NCBI GenBank assembly: GCA_963718525.1
Contig: OY970355.1
Coordinates: 1,159,397 to 1,223,396 of the forward strand
Length of the DNA: 64,000 nt
DNA from: Candidatus Dormiibacterota bacterium
GTDB taxonomy: Bacteria; Chloroflexota; Dormibacteria; Aeolococcales; Aeolococcaceae
Direction: 5' to 3'
Part shown: positions 35,313-46,872 of the stretch, one piece after another
Numbering within the stretch: position 1 is the first letter of the stretch
Layout of the letters: every line of letters begins with the position of its first letter
The notes under the pieces: model-generated
What the model was told of the DNA's origin: nothing
The model's database searches: none
What the model saw: the letters and a program-made list of their open reading frames with translations, nothing else
Translations under genes and position numbers: made by a program

Positions 35313-37625
35313 ATGGACGCCTACGTCGACCGCACCATCCAACTTCGCGAGAGCGCACGCGAACGAGCCCCCGGCAGGAATTACAGCTTCGAGATTGCGG
35401 CAGTCCTCTGCGTCGCATTGATCGCCGCGACTGCGTGGGCGGTGCTCGCCGCGAACTGGGTCCATGGTGGGGGCGGCTCGATCGTGGTTGCGGTCACAGC
35501 GGTGATCGAGGCGGCCCTGCTCGCGCAGGCCCGAGCCCCGCGCATCGCTGCGGCGATAGCCGCGCCGTTCCTCGGGCTCGCCGCGATCGTGCCCACGACG
35601 CTGGCGGCGATGCCCGCGGTCCCGGGCCAGACCGTCGGTGCCATCGCTGGGCACTACCTGCAGGCGCTGTTCACCGGTCTCAGCTCGACCCAGGACTGGG
35701 ACTTCACCGTCGGGTTGTGCGCGATCCTCTTTCTCTGCGGCTACTGGCTCGGTTGGATGGTGCTCCGCGAGCATCGGGGCGTGCTTGCAGTCATTCCTGT
35801 GTTCTCTGTTCTTGCCACAAATGTCGTCAACGCGCAGGACCCCGACCCGATTGCGCTGCCAGAGACAATCGCCGTCGTGCTCGCGCTCGGCGTGGTCGCG
35901 GCGGCTTACCTGGGATCGCTCGGCGACCGCTGGGCTGCTTCGCGAATCACCGCGCTCGACGGTCTCGGCTGGCGATTCGGCACCAGCGCAGCAGGCGTGG
36001 CGGTGGTGCTGACGATCGTTGCGCTCGTTCTCCCACCCGTGTCGACCACGGACATCTCCACAAAGCTGTTCCCCAAGGGTGTCGGCTTCGGCTCGAGCGG
36101 CAAGGGCGCCGGTCGCACAATCGTCGGAGGCGCTGACACCATCGGCTTCAATCCTTCGGTGACCCTGGGTGGGGCGCTGGTCAGCCACCCACAGCTCGCA
36201 ATGACGTACGTGGTCAACACCAACGCGGCCGTCTACATCAGGGTCGCGGACGACACCCTGTTCGATAGAGGAACCTGGAATCCGGAGAGCGGAGAGAACA
36301 CGGACGCGGGTTCCACCTGGAACGCGATCCAGTATCCACAGGGGCTGCTGCCCCGAGATCTCAATCCTGCCGACGGCGGCATCGGCAGCAACGAGGCGAC
36401 GGTCGCGGCAACGCTCACCCTGCAGCCGAACGCGACCGGGCAGCTGCCACTCGCACCCTTCACCGGGGAGCCGGCCTCGAGCAATCTCCCCGGCATCGCA
36501 TACGGCACCACCACCGCAGCCGGCACGAGCAGTCTGCTCACCGTCGACCAGGTGGTGCTCGACCAGGACATCGTTGCCGGCACCACGATCCAGACGAACG
36601 CATACATCTCGACCGCAACCGAGGCGCAACTCCGCGCAGCGGGCATCAACTACCCGAGCTGGACCCGCCAGTTCACGGCGATGAACGACGACGCCAGCAA
36701 GGGTGTCGAGACGATTCGCACGCTTGCCCAGCAATGGACGGTCGGCGCGAGCGATCCCTACGACAAAGCGCTGGCGATCGAGCAGCAGCTGCGCAACCCC
36801 GCGCTCTTCCAGTACACGCTGAATCCGCCGCAGGATCCCAACCTCAGCGTCTGGCCGGTCGTTTACTTCCTGACCACGAGCCACAAGGGCTATTGCCAGT
36901 ACTTCGCCTCAGCGATGGGGTCGATGCTCCGCAGTCTCGGGATCCCCACGAAACTCGTGAGCGGCTACGGCCCCGGGACGGCACGCGCGCAGAGCGGGCG
37001 TGCCGGCGAGCGTCAGGAAGAGGTGACCACGAGCGACGCACACAGCTGGGTCGAGGCCTACTTCCCGGGCTACGGCTGGATCCCCTTCGAGCCGACACCT
37101 CCCTCGTCTCTGGGTGACTATCAGCCGTTCCCGCGCGGCACCCAGGCGGCCACCAGCAGCACCCCGCCGCCGGTGCCGACCGCGAAGCCGGTGCCGACCG
37201 TCAAGCCCGGCAACGCTGTTGGCAGCAACCCGCAGGTGACGCCGACGGCCAAGACCCCAGGCACGGTGCCCATGACGGTGGTGATCTCACTTGCGGTGCT
37301 CGGTGGCGTTGTCGTGCTGATCGCCGCAGCACTCCTCTGGATGCTGCTCCCGCGCTCGCTGGCGGGGGCATGGCGACGGGTCGAGACGCTCGGCCTCATC
37401 GCGGGGGTGGACCGCCGAAAAGCCGAGACGCACCGGGCATTTGCGGCGCGGCTCGCCCGGGCTCGACCGCAGGCCGGGTCCGCGCTGGGCGAGCTCGCCA
37501 CCGTCACCGCGCGGGCTGAGTTCAGCGAGGCCGGCGCCTCGGGACCGGAGCGGTCGCAGGCGCTGCGGACCTGGCGCAGGGCGCTGCTTCAGGCTACGTT
37601 GCGGCCGAGGCGATCTCCAGGCTGA
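35313..37625 (+). CDS. Transglutaminase-like domain membrane protein (TgpA-like)
   Basis: N-terminal polytopic TM region. ...GYCQYFASAMGSMLRSLGIPTKLVSGY...DAHSWVEAYFPGYGWIPFEPTP is a transglutaminase Cys-His-Asp core. C-terminal P/T-rich region plus a TM helix. Confidence 0.85.
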   Translation: MDAYVDRTIQLRESARERAPGRNYSFEIAAVLCVALIAATAWAVLAANWVHGGGGSIVVAVTAVIEAALLAQARAPRIAAAIAAPFLGLAAIVPTTLAAMPAVPGQTVGAIAGHYLQALFTGLSSTQDWDFTVGLCAILFLCGYWLGWMVLREHRGVLAVIPVFSVLATNVVNAQDPDPIALPETIAVVLALGVVAAAYLGSLGDRWAASRITALDGLGWRFGTSAAGVAVVLTIVALVLPPVSTTDISTKLFPKGVGFGSSGKGAGRTIVGGADTIGFNPSVTLGGALVSHPQLAMTYVVNTNAAVYIRVADDTLFDRGTWNPESGENTDAGSTWNAIQYPQGLLPRDLNPADGGIGSNEATVAATLTLQPNATGQLPLAPFTGEPASSNLPGIAYGTTTAAGTSSLLTVDQVVLDQDIVAGTTIQTNAYISTATEAQLRAAGINYPSWTRQFTAMNDDASKGVETIRTLAQQWTVGASDPYDKALAIEQQLRNPALFQYTLNPPQDPNLSVWPVVYFLTTSHKGYCQYFASAMGSMLRSLGIPTKLVSGYGPGTARAQSGRAGERQEEVTTSDAHSWVEAYFPGYGWIPFEPTPPSSLGDYQPFPRGTQAATSSTPPPVPTAKPVPTVKPGNAVGSNPQVTPTAKTPGTVPMTVVISLAVLGGVVVLIAAALLWMLLPRSLAGAWRRVETLGLIAGVDRRKAETHRAFAARLARARPQAGSALGELATVTARAEFSEAGASGPERSQALRTWRRALLQATLRPRRSPG

Positions 37626-38328
37626 GCATGTCGTGAGCGATGAGCGCGCCCTCGAGGTGGCGACGTTCGCTCAGGTGGCTGAGGAGAAAGCGCGTGTCCG
37701 GGTTCTCGGCCATCAGGCTCGCGACCTCGTCACGCCAGAGGTGACCACCCGCGGCCGGGCCGTCCCATCCCGTGCACTCGCAGACGTAGAGGTCGCATCC
37801 TGCGATCGATCGACGGAGCCCGGCGCACAGCTCGCTGTCGCCTGAGAAGCCGACCGAGGCGCTGCCCGCGGTGATCCGGTACGCGAGCGACGGGCCGGTG
37901 CTGTGCACGACCGCATGGCTCTGCACCCGGTAACCCGCAACCTCGACGTCGCTGCCGTCCTGCAGCACCAGATATTCCGGGGCGACATTGGTGTCGACCT
38001 CGCGGCGGACGTGCGAGCCGTACCCATCGCCGAGCAGGCGCGCCACGTACTCCCTGGTCCCGACGGGTCCGCCGATGACGAGCGTGCCGGGAGGCGCCGT
38101 GTCGGCGAGGGCGCGCGCGCCGAGCAGGGTCGGCAGCGAGAAGCTGTGATCCGCGTGGAAATGCGTCAGCAGCACCAGGCTGATCGCGTGGATTGACGCC
38201 CCGGCGCGGCGAACCAGGGCTGGGACCGGCGCGCCACAGTCGACCAGTACGCGTCGATCGACGAGATACCCTGCATTGCAGCCACAGCCGCTGAAGGCGC
38301 TCCCACTGCCGAGGACGGTGACATGCAC
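37594..38328 (-). CDS. MBL-fold metallo-hydrolase
   Basis: VHVTVLGSGSAF...LLTHFHADHSFSLP (HxHxDH). Confidence 0.75.
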   Translation of the reverse strand: MHVTVLGSGSAFSGCGCNAGYLVDRRVLVDCGAPVPALVRRAGASIHAISLVLLTHFHADHSFSLPTLLGARALADTAPPGTLVIGGPVGTREYVARLLGDGYGSHVRREVDTNVAPEYLVLQDGSDVEVAGYRVQSHAVVHSTGPSLAYRITAGSASVGFSGDSELCAGLRRSIAGCDLYVCECTGWDGPAAGGHLWRDEVASLMAENPDTRFLLSHLSERRHLEGALIAHDMLSLEIASAAT

Positions 38329-38371
38329 AGGCGGAAGATTAGACGGCGAAGCGCATGGGTAGAAAATCACC

Positions 38372-41011
<2,640 letters not shown>

Positions 41012-41900
41012 CGGCCGTCGCGCCCCGAGCCGGCGCGGCCCTCGCGGCGAGCACCGAGCCGCAGAGGATCAGCACGAACCCGACGGCGATGGCGCCGGTG
41101 AGCCGTTCGTGCAGCAGGAGGACACCGAGCGTCACCGCAACCGCGGGGTTCACATACGTGATCACGGTTGACCGAACCGGACCAATCTCGCGGATGAGTG
41201 CGAAGAAGAGCAGAAAGGCGAGTGCCGTGCAGACGACGCCGAGCGTGATCACCGCGGCGATCGCCTGGCCCGACGGCCACGCGTGCGGGGCCTGGATGAT
41301 CGCCGCCGGCGCATAGGCGATCGCGGCGAGCAGCAGCGAGCTCGCGATCACCCCGAGCGCGGGAAGGTCACTCAGCTTCCTGCTGATGATGTACGGACCG
41401 ACGGCGTAGCAGATCGCGACCACGAGCACCTCGGCGATGGCGCCGAACGTGGACGAGGACACATCGAAGCCGACGAGCACGCCCACCCCCACCAGCCCGA
41501 TGCAGAGGCCCAGGATCCGGCGCCAACCGTGCCGCTCTCCGCTGCGGGTCAGCAGGCCGATGCCGACGCCGATGAGCGGCACGGTCGACACCAGGAGGCC
41601 TGACAGCGAACTCGAGATGCGCAGCTCGGCATCGGAGAGGAGCACCCACGGGATCCCCATCTCGATGACGGTGTAGGCGGCGATCCAACCCCAACGTCCG
41701 AGGAGGGGACGGACCTTGACGCAACTCAACGCGATCGGGACGAGCAGCAGGGCGCCGAGCGCGAGCCGGATGAACACGAGGTCCACCGGCCCAAGGCCCT
41801 CGAGCGCAACCTTGATCAGCAGATAGGGGATGCCCCAGATCACGCACATGGCAATGAAGAGCGCCAGCCCGCGTCTGCTCACCGCGAGATCTTCTACGCT

Positions 41901-42635
41901 GTGCGGCTCCACATGCCACAACCCGTCTCGAACCGCGCCCCGAGCCCTCTGCTGCTCACGATCTCATCGCTCTTCGTGGCGACGCTCGTCGCGTCCAACA
42001 TCCTCGCTGTCAAGATCGCCAGCGTCGGACCGTTCTCCGTGCCGGCGGCGATCGTGATCTTCCCGCTCGCGTATCTCTTCGGGGATGTGCTCACCGAGGT
42101 GTGGGGATACCGGGTCGCGCGCATGGTGATATGGACGGGGTTCCTCGCCAACATCATCGTGGTGCTCTTCATCGCCGCAGCGATCGCCATCCCCGCGGAT
42201 CCGCATTACACCGACCAAGCCGCGTACGCGCGCCTACTCGGCGAGAGCCCGCGCCTCGTCGCGGCGTCGCTCACCGCCTACCTGCTCGGCGAGTTTCTCA
42301 ACGCCTTCGTCCTGGCTCGGTTGAAGATCGCGACCAGGGGCCGCTTCCTCTGGACACGAACCATCGGCTCAACTGTCATTGGTCAGGGAGTGGACAGCGC
42401 CGTGTTCATCTCACTGGCGTTTGCGGGAATCCAGCCATGGTCGGTGCTGCTCATCATCATTCGCGATGTCTGGGTCGTGAAGGTGCTCTACGAGGTGATC
42501 GCGACGCCGTTCACGTACGCGCTCGTCACCACGCTCAAACGCATCGAGGGAGTGGATACCTACGACCGTGAGACGAAGTTCGCACCCATCCCGCTCGCCG
42601 CGCTGCGCGCGCGTGTGCGCGGCGCACAGCCATGA
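41901..42635 (+). CDS. yhhQ: Queuosine precursor transporter (YhhQ/DUF165 family)
   Basis: ...LLTISSLFVATLVASNILAVKIASVGPFSVPAAIVIFPLAYLFGDVLTEVWGY... typical YhhQ. Confidence 0.75.
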   Translation: MRLHMPQPVSNRAPSPLLLTISSLFVATLVASNILAVKIASVGPFSVPAAIVIFPLAYLFGDVLTEVWGYRVARMVIWTGFLANIIVVLFIAAAIAIPADPHYTDQAAYARLLGESPRLVAASLTAYLLGEFLNAFVLARLKIATRGRFLWTRTIGSTVIGQGVDSAVFISLAFAGIQPWSVLLIIIRDVWVVKVLYEVIATPFTYALVTTLKRIEGVDTYDRETKFAPIPLAALRARVRGAQP

Positions 42636-43084
42636 GCGAGGAGCTGTATGGGGCGCGCGCGATCCGAGAGGCGAAACTCGAGGCATTCGACAACCGCACC
42701 CCGGATCGCGACTACACCGTCCAGTTCACCGTTCCGGAGTTCACGTGTCTCTGCCCCATTTCAGGGTTCCCCGACTTCGCAACCCTGCACATCCGCTACG
42801 TCCCGGGTCCCCGCTGCGTGGAACTGAAATCGCTGAAGCTGTACATCAACGGCTACCGCAACCAGCACGTCTACCACGAGGACGTCGTCAACATCGTCCT
42901 GAATGACCTCGTCGGCCTGCTCCACCCCCGCTACTGCGAAGTCGTCGGAGACTTCAACGTCCGCGGCAACATCAAAACCATCGTTCGAGCCAGCCACCGC
43001 GAGGAATCGTGGAACGGCAATGTCAACTCGTGGTGGCCGCCGTCGGCGATGCCGACTCTCACCGAACCGAGCGACCGGCCGTAG
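42632..43084 (+). CDS. queF: NADPH-dependent 7-cyano-7-deazaguanine (preQ0) reductase
   Basis: ATGA overlap with yhhQ. TCLCPISGFPDF catalytic-Cys motif. Confidence 0.9.
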   Translation: MSEELYGARAIREAKLEAFDNRTPDRDYTVQFTVPEFTCLCPISGFPDFATLHIRYVPGPRCVELKSLKLYINGYRNQHVYHEDVVNIVLNDLVGLLHPRYCEVVGDFNVRGNIKTIVRASHREESWNGNVNSWWPPSAMPTLTEPSDRP

Positions 43085-43394
43085 AGCGCGCCCGGCCCCG
43101 CGCAGCAGAGGTGGCGGTGACACGCCGGCTCGCGGCGAATCTCGCAGCAAGCGACAGCGATGCGAACGCTGAGCAAGCGAGCCGGTGTGTCGCCACCACC
43201 TCTGCCGACCCGCGAAGCCCAGCTTAGCGACGTTGCCGGTCGCTAGATTCGGGCTGAGGTAGGCACACGACGGCCGTCGCCACATATGTCGCCTGCAGTA
43301 CCCCGTTCCCAAGAAATCCGGGGCATACTGCACGCCAGGTCACGGCGATGCGCCGATACAGCAGTCGTTCTTCTCCACATCTCAGCACCCGAAC

Positions 43395-44135
43395 TTAATG
43401 GCCACACACACATTTCCCGCAGGCTGGTCGCTTCTCGCCACGCGTCCGCGCGAGGAGCTCCACCAGGCGCTGCTGACCAGCACCTCTGAGCGCTCGTTCA
43501 GTGACGTCCCGGTCGATTGGTGGGATCGAGCTGTGGAGGTCTGGCGTCCAACGTCGATCGTTCGCCTCCTCGGTGGCGTCTGGGACGTCCGCCGAGACGT
43601 CGAGGTTCTGGTTCCCGACGGTGGCGGGACCTCGCAGGCCCGCGCGAGCATCGCCGACGTTCGTCTCTCCCGCCTTCTGACCGCGGGCATCTCTCGATAC
43701 TGGGTGGCCAGATATCAGCGGGATCTCGTCCTGCAGCTTGCGGAGCGGGCCGGGGCCTTGGGCGGTGATCCGGACCCACTGAGACGTCTCTCGGCGCGCA
43801 TCCGCCCTCAGGAGGCCCTCGGCTTTGACGTCTGGGCAACGGCGTACCTCACCGGAGCGCCGGATGGCATCGAGTACGCCCCGGAGATGGTCCCGATGCC
43901 CGATGACAACGGCTGGGAGCCCGCAGCCAATGGCGACCCGCCGGCGATCATTCACGCCGCGGTTCGAGTCCTGGCTGCTGACCTGCTCCGGCTGGACTCG
44001 GCACTGGACGAGGCAGGCGCCTCGGCCGGCGAACGTGCCGGGCACCCGCTGGTCAACGCGATCACGTCACTCCTGCTGAGGGCCCCGGCGACGCCGATGG
44101 TCAGCCCAGCGGGATCCAACTCTCGCCTGGCCTGA
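43395..44135 (+). CDS. Hypothetical protein
   Basis: 245-aa ORF. Its 3' end overlaps the convergent kinase-like gene by 35 nt. Confidence 0.45.
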   Translation, partial: LMATHTFPAGWSLLATRPREELHQALLTSTSERSFSDVPVDWWDRAVEVWRPTSIVRLLGGVWDVRRDVEVLVPDGGGTSQARASIADVRLSRLLTAGISRYWVARYQRDLVLQLAERAGALGGDPDPLRRLSARIRPQEALGFDVWATAYLTGAPDGIEYAPEMVPMPDDNGWEPAANGDPPAIIHAAVRVLAADLLRLDSALDEAGASAGERAGHPLVNAITSLLLRAPATPMVSPAGSNSRLA

Positions 44136-45411
44136 GCAGCACTCGCACCGCTGCGTCGTCGCGGGATTCCGCGCCGATCCGGAGCCAGAGCCGGTCACCG
44201 TCGACCTCGAATCCGTCAGCACACGGCGCCAGGACGGCGACCGCCTGGGGGTCGATGGCGCCGACACCGTCGAACTCGGGGATGTGCTTGGCGATTCCGA
44301 ACGCCGTCTGAAGTTCGGCCATCCGTCGGGTCCAGGCGGCGATCGGTACTCGGGGCATGGGTTCGCCGAGCAGAGTCGCGAGCAGCAGCGCCAGGCCGCC
44401 GATCGTGGAGCGCGCAGGTTCATCGATGTGCTCCGAGAGTGCGCGCTCGTGGAGCAGGCCGGCGACAACCTCGCGCGCCCGGACCGCCGCGTCGTCCGGC
44501 GGCACGGACACCCACAGTCCGCGCCGCCCGGCGCGTGCGGTGAGGCCGGCGTCGACGACGATGCTCCCCGGTGACGCTTCGGCCGCCACCTGGAGCTTCG
44601 CGAGCTGCAACTCGGCGGCGATCACGCTTCCCGGGGCGAGCCGGGTCTCCTCGTCCCAGGAGCGCGTTGCTCGGGACACGCGACCCTCGCGGATTGCCCC
44701 AAGTGGGAGCGCCAGGCGCCGGATACCCAGCTCCAGGGTCGCGGCGCGACTGCCGTCACCGATTGGCCTGGGCGGATAGACGGTGCCGCCGATGGCGTCT
44801 GCCGCAACGCGCGCGAAACCGAGACCCCAGCGGTCGCGGCCGGCTCGGCGACGCGCCGTCGCAATTCGAGGCGCCGGACCGGCGTGCCGCCAGACAACCC
44901 GAAACGTCGTGCGATCGACCTCGAGGCGGACCGCAGTCGCCGCGTCGTGACGCTCGGCATTGACCGCGAGCTGCACCAGCACCAGCGCTGCCACCTCGGG
45001 GCCGAGCACCGGCCGGGCCGTTCCGGCGATCGCATCGACAGTCAGCGCAGTCCGCGCGGTGATGCCCGCACGGGCAAGGTCGAGGACGTCTTCCGTTGTT
45101 CCCCAGCCGCCCGGCTCCCGGCCGGCCACCAAACGCAGTGACCCTCCGAGCATTCGGACGCGCTGTGCCTGGGTGCCGCGCAACCCCGCTGCCGCCGCGT
45201 CGATGGCATCGAGCAGTCTGCTCAGAAGGGCATCGCAGTGCGCAGACGCGGGCTGAGTGCGAACCACAAGACGCATGCTTCGTACGGGGTAGGAGACCGC
45301 GCCGGGGCCGTATCCATCCCACTCAGGAGTTCTGGCGACCACCGTTCCAGAAGCGTCGACGAGGGCAGCGGCAAGCGGGAGCTCGGCGATCTCGGCCAGG
45401 CTGAGATTCAC
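44101..45411 (-). CDS. Histidine-kinase-like (GHKL/HATPase_c-like) ATPase-domain protein, degenerate
   Basis: N-box-like ALVLVQLAVNAERHDAA. G-box-like RHAGPAP...RWGLGFARVAADAIGGTV. No recognisable HisKA H-box. GTG start overlaps the stop of the REC gene (GTGA). Confidence 0.55.
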   Translation of the reverse strand: MNLSLAEIAELPLAAALVDASGTVVARTPEWDGYGPGAVSYPVRSMRLVVRTQPASAHCDALLSRLLDAIDAAAAGLRGTQAQRVRMLGGSLRLVAGREPGGWGTTEDVLDLARAGITARTALTVDAIAGTARPVLGPEVAALVLVQLAVNAERHDAATAVRLEVDRTTFRVVWRHAGPAPRIATARRRAGRDRWGLGFARVAADAIGGTVYPPRPIGDGSRAATLELGIRRLALPLGAIREGRVSRATRSWDEETRLAPGSVIAAELQLAKLQVAAEASPGSIVVDAGLTARAGRRGLWVSVPPDDAAVRAREVVAGLLHERALSEHIDEPARSTIGGLALLLATLLGEPMPRVPIAAWTRRMAELQTAFGIAKHIPEFDGVGAIDPQAVAVLAPCADGFEVDGDRLWLRIGAESRDDAAVRVLLRPGESWIPLG

Positions 45412-46076
45412 GACTTGCTGGCGGGTGCAGCGTGCTCAGTCGTGGTCACGCTGAGCCGGTACTTGCGATTGCCGTGGCTCACGAGCCGAACTGCGGAGCC
45501 GCGGGTCTGCAGCCATTCGCCGAAGCGGCGAACCGCCTTGGTGGCGGTGTCCGAATGAAAGGTGACGATGTCCGGGTGGTGCACCACCAGGCGGATTGCC
45601 TCGCGGTGGTGGTGTTGTGCCAGCGTCGGAAGATGCACGACAACCGTCCCGTCGTGGATTCGCAGGTCGCCGACGGTGCGGTCGAGCATCCTGTCGATGC
45701 GCTCGAGCAGTGACGCGTCGCCGTCACGCTTGTCGTGCAGCAGGGCCCGCGGGTGCGATCGCTGAATCTGGCTGCGCACGTTGAACGCGTCGATGTTCTG
45801 TGAATACACGATGACGGGGCACTCTCGAAGCTCCCGTGCGAGCCGTGAAAGCACGTCGCCGCTGCTCGCGCTCCGGTCCGGTGCCTTCCCGAGATCCCAA
45901 TCGATGATCGCGAGCACAGGCCTGCTCGAGTATCGGTTGTGCTCGAGGAGCGAGAGCGCGCGAGACGCACTCCGCGCACCGAGCGGATGGAACCGCTTGC
46001 GGGTGAAATGACCCTGCAGCTCCTCGAGGGTTTCTGCGTCGTCCTCGAGGATCAGCACCTCCGGATTCGCTCTCAT
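45408..46076 (-). CDS. Atypical receiver (REC)-domain protein with an unknown ~95-aa C-terminal domain
   Basis: VLILEDDAETLEEL (acidic pocket), AIIDWDLG (phospho-Asp position), VIVYSQ (T/S position), ALLHDKRDGD (conserved Lys). No HTH output domain. Confidence 0.6.
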   Translation of the reverse strand: MRANPEVLILEDDAETLEELQGHFTRKRFHPLGARSASRALSLLEHNRYSSRPVLAIIDWDLGKAPDRSASSGDVLSRLARELRECPVIVYSQNIDAFNVRSQIQRSHPRALLHDKRDGDASLLERIDRMLDRTVGDLRIHDGTVVVHLPTLAQHHHREAIRLVVHHPDIVTFHSDTATKAVRRFGEWLQTRGSAVRLVSHGNRKYRLSVTTTEHAAPASKS

Positions 46077-46825
46077 CGCGCGGCAGCAACCGGAGACCGC
46101 ACCAGTCTCGTGCTCTGGTTGGTGTCACGTCTGGCCTCCCATCCGACGTGGTACTGCGCGAGCGCACTGGCGGCCGAGCGGAACGTGCGTGTCGGGAGCG
46201 CAAATCCGGCCGGGTACGCTGCGACCAGCGACTCGAGCGCCGCTCCCCGCAGCAGGGTCCCGTCCTCGAGCTCGACGCCGTTTCCCGGCGCGAGCCGCAT
46301 GCCGCCGACAGTCGCAACGCATGCTCGGCCGACCGCGTCGAGCAGCGCCGCCGGACGGTCGAAGACGCGAGCGTGTCCGGGCAGCCCTGTCGGGGCTGCG
46401 CCGAACCAGTAGGTGAGCACAGGACGATCGCGCAGCACCGCAGCGAGCGCGGGCGACAACGAGACAGCGCTGCCCACCACCATCCATGGCCAGGGAAGAC
46501 AGCTGGCAGCGATCGCACCGGCATCTTCGGAGCGCGCGTCGCGCACGACGGCCATGCCCGGGGACACGGCGTCGCGAACCGCGACTGCGAGCTCACCGTC
46601 CACGGTCACCACGAGGATCGCTCGGCTCCGATCCGGGACGCGAACGCCAAGCATGCATTGAGCGTTGGTGACCACCACGACACGTCCCTCCCTGCCGCGC
46701 ATCGCGAGAGAACGGAAAGGTCCGTGCCCGCGGGCGGCCTCAGCCAGTGTAGGGGTGACGGGGGTGGGACGGGCCGGACAGGCGGACACGGACACCGTGT
46801 AACCATCGGGGGCCGAGCCGGACAT
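46073..46825 (-). CDS. Hypothetical protein, first gene of the REC/kinase-like operon
   Basis: ATGA-coupled to the REC gene. The start is uncertain (ATG 46825 or 46702). Confidence 0.45.
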   Translation of the reverse strand: MSGSAPDGYTVSVSACPARPTPVTPTLAEAARGHGPFRSLAMRGREGRVVVVTNAQCMLGVRVPDRSRAILVVTVDGELAVAVRDAVSPGMAVVRDARSEDAGAIAASCLPWPWMVVGSAVSLSPALAAVLRDRPVLTYWFGAAPTGLPGHARVFDRPAALLDAVGRACVATVGGMRLAPGNGVELEDGTLLRGAALESLVAAYPAGFALPTRTFRSAASALAQYHVGWEARRDTNQSTRLVRSPVAAAR

Positions 46826-46872
46826 CGCGCGGACAGACAAGGCGGGCCGAGACGTGGCAGACTGAGCGCGGT

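Noticed and set aside
35172-36884. 570-aa minus ORF
   Set aside because: Antisense to the transglutaminase gene.
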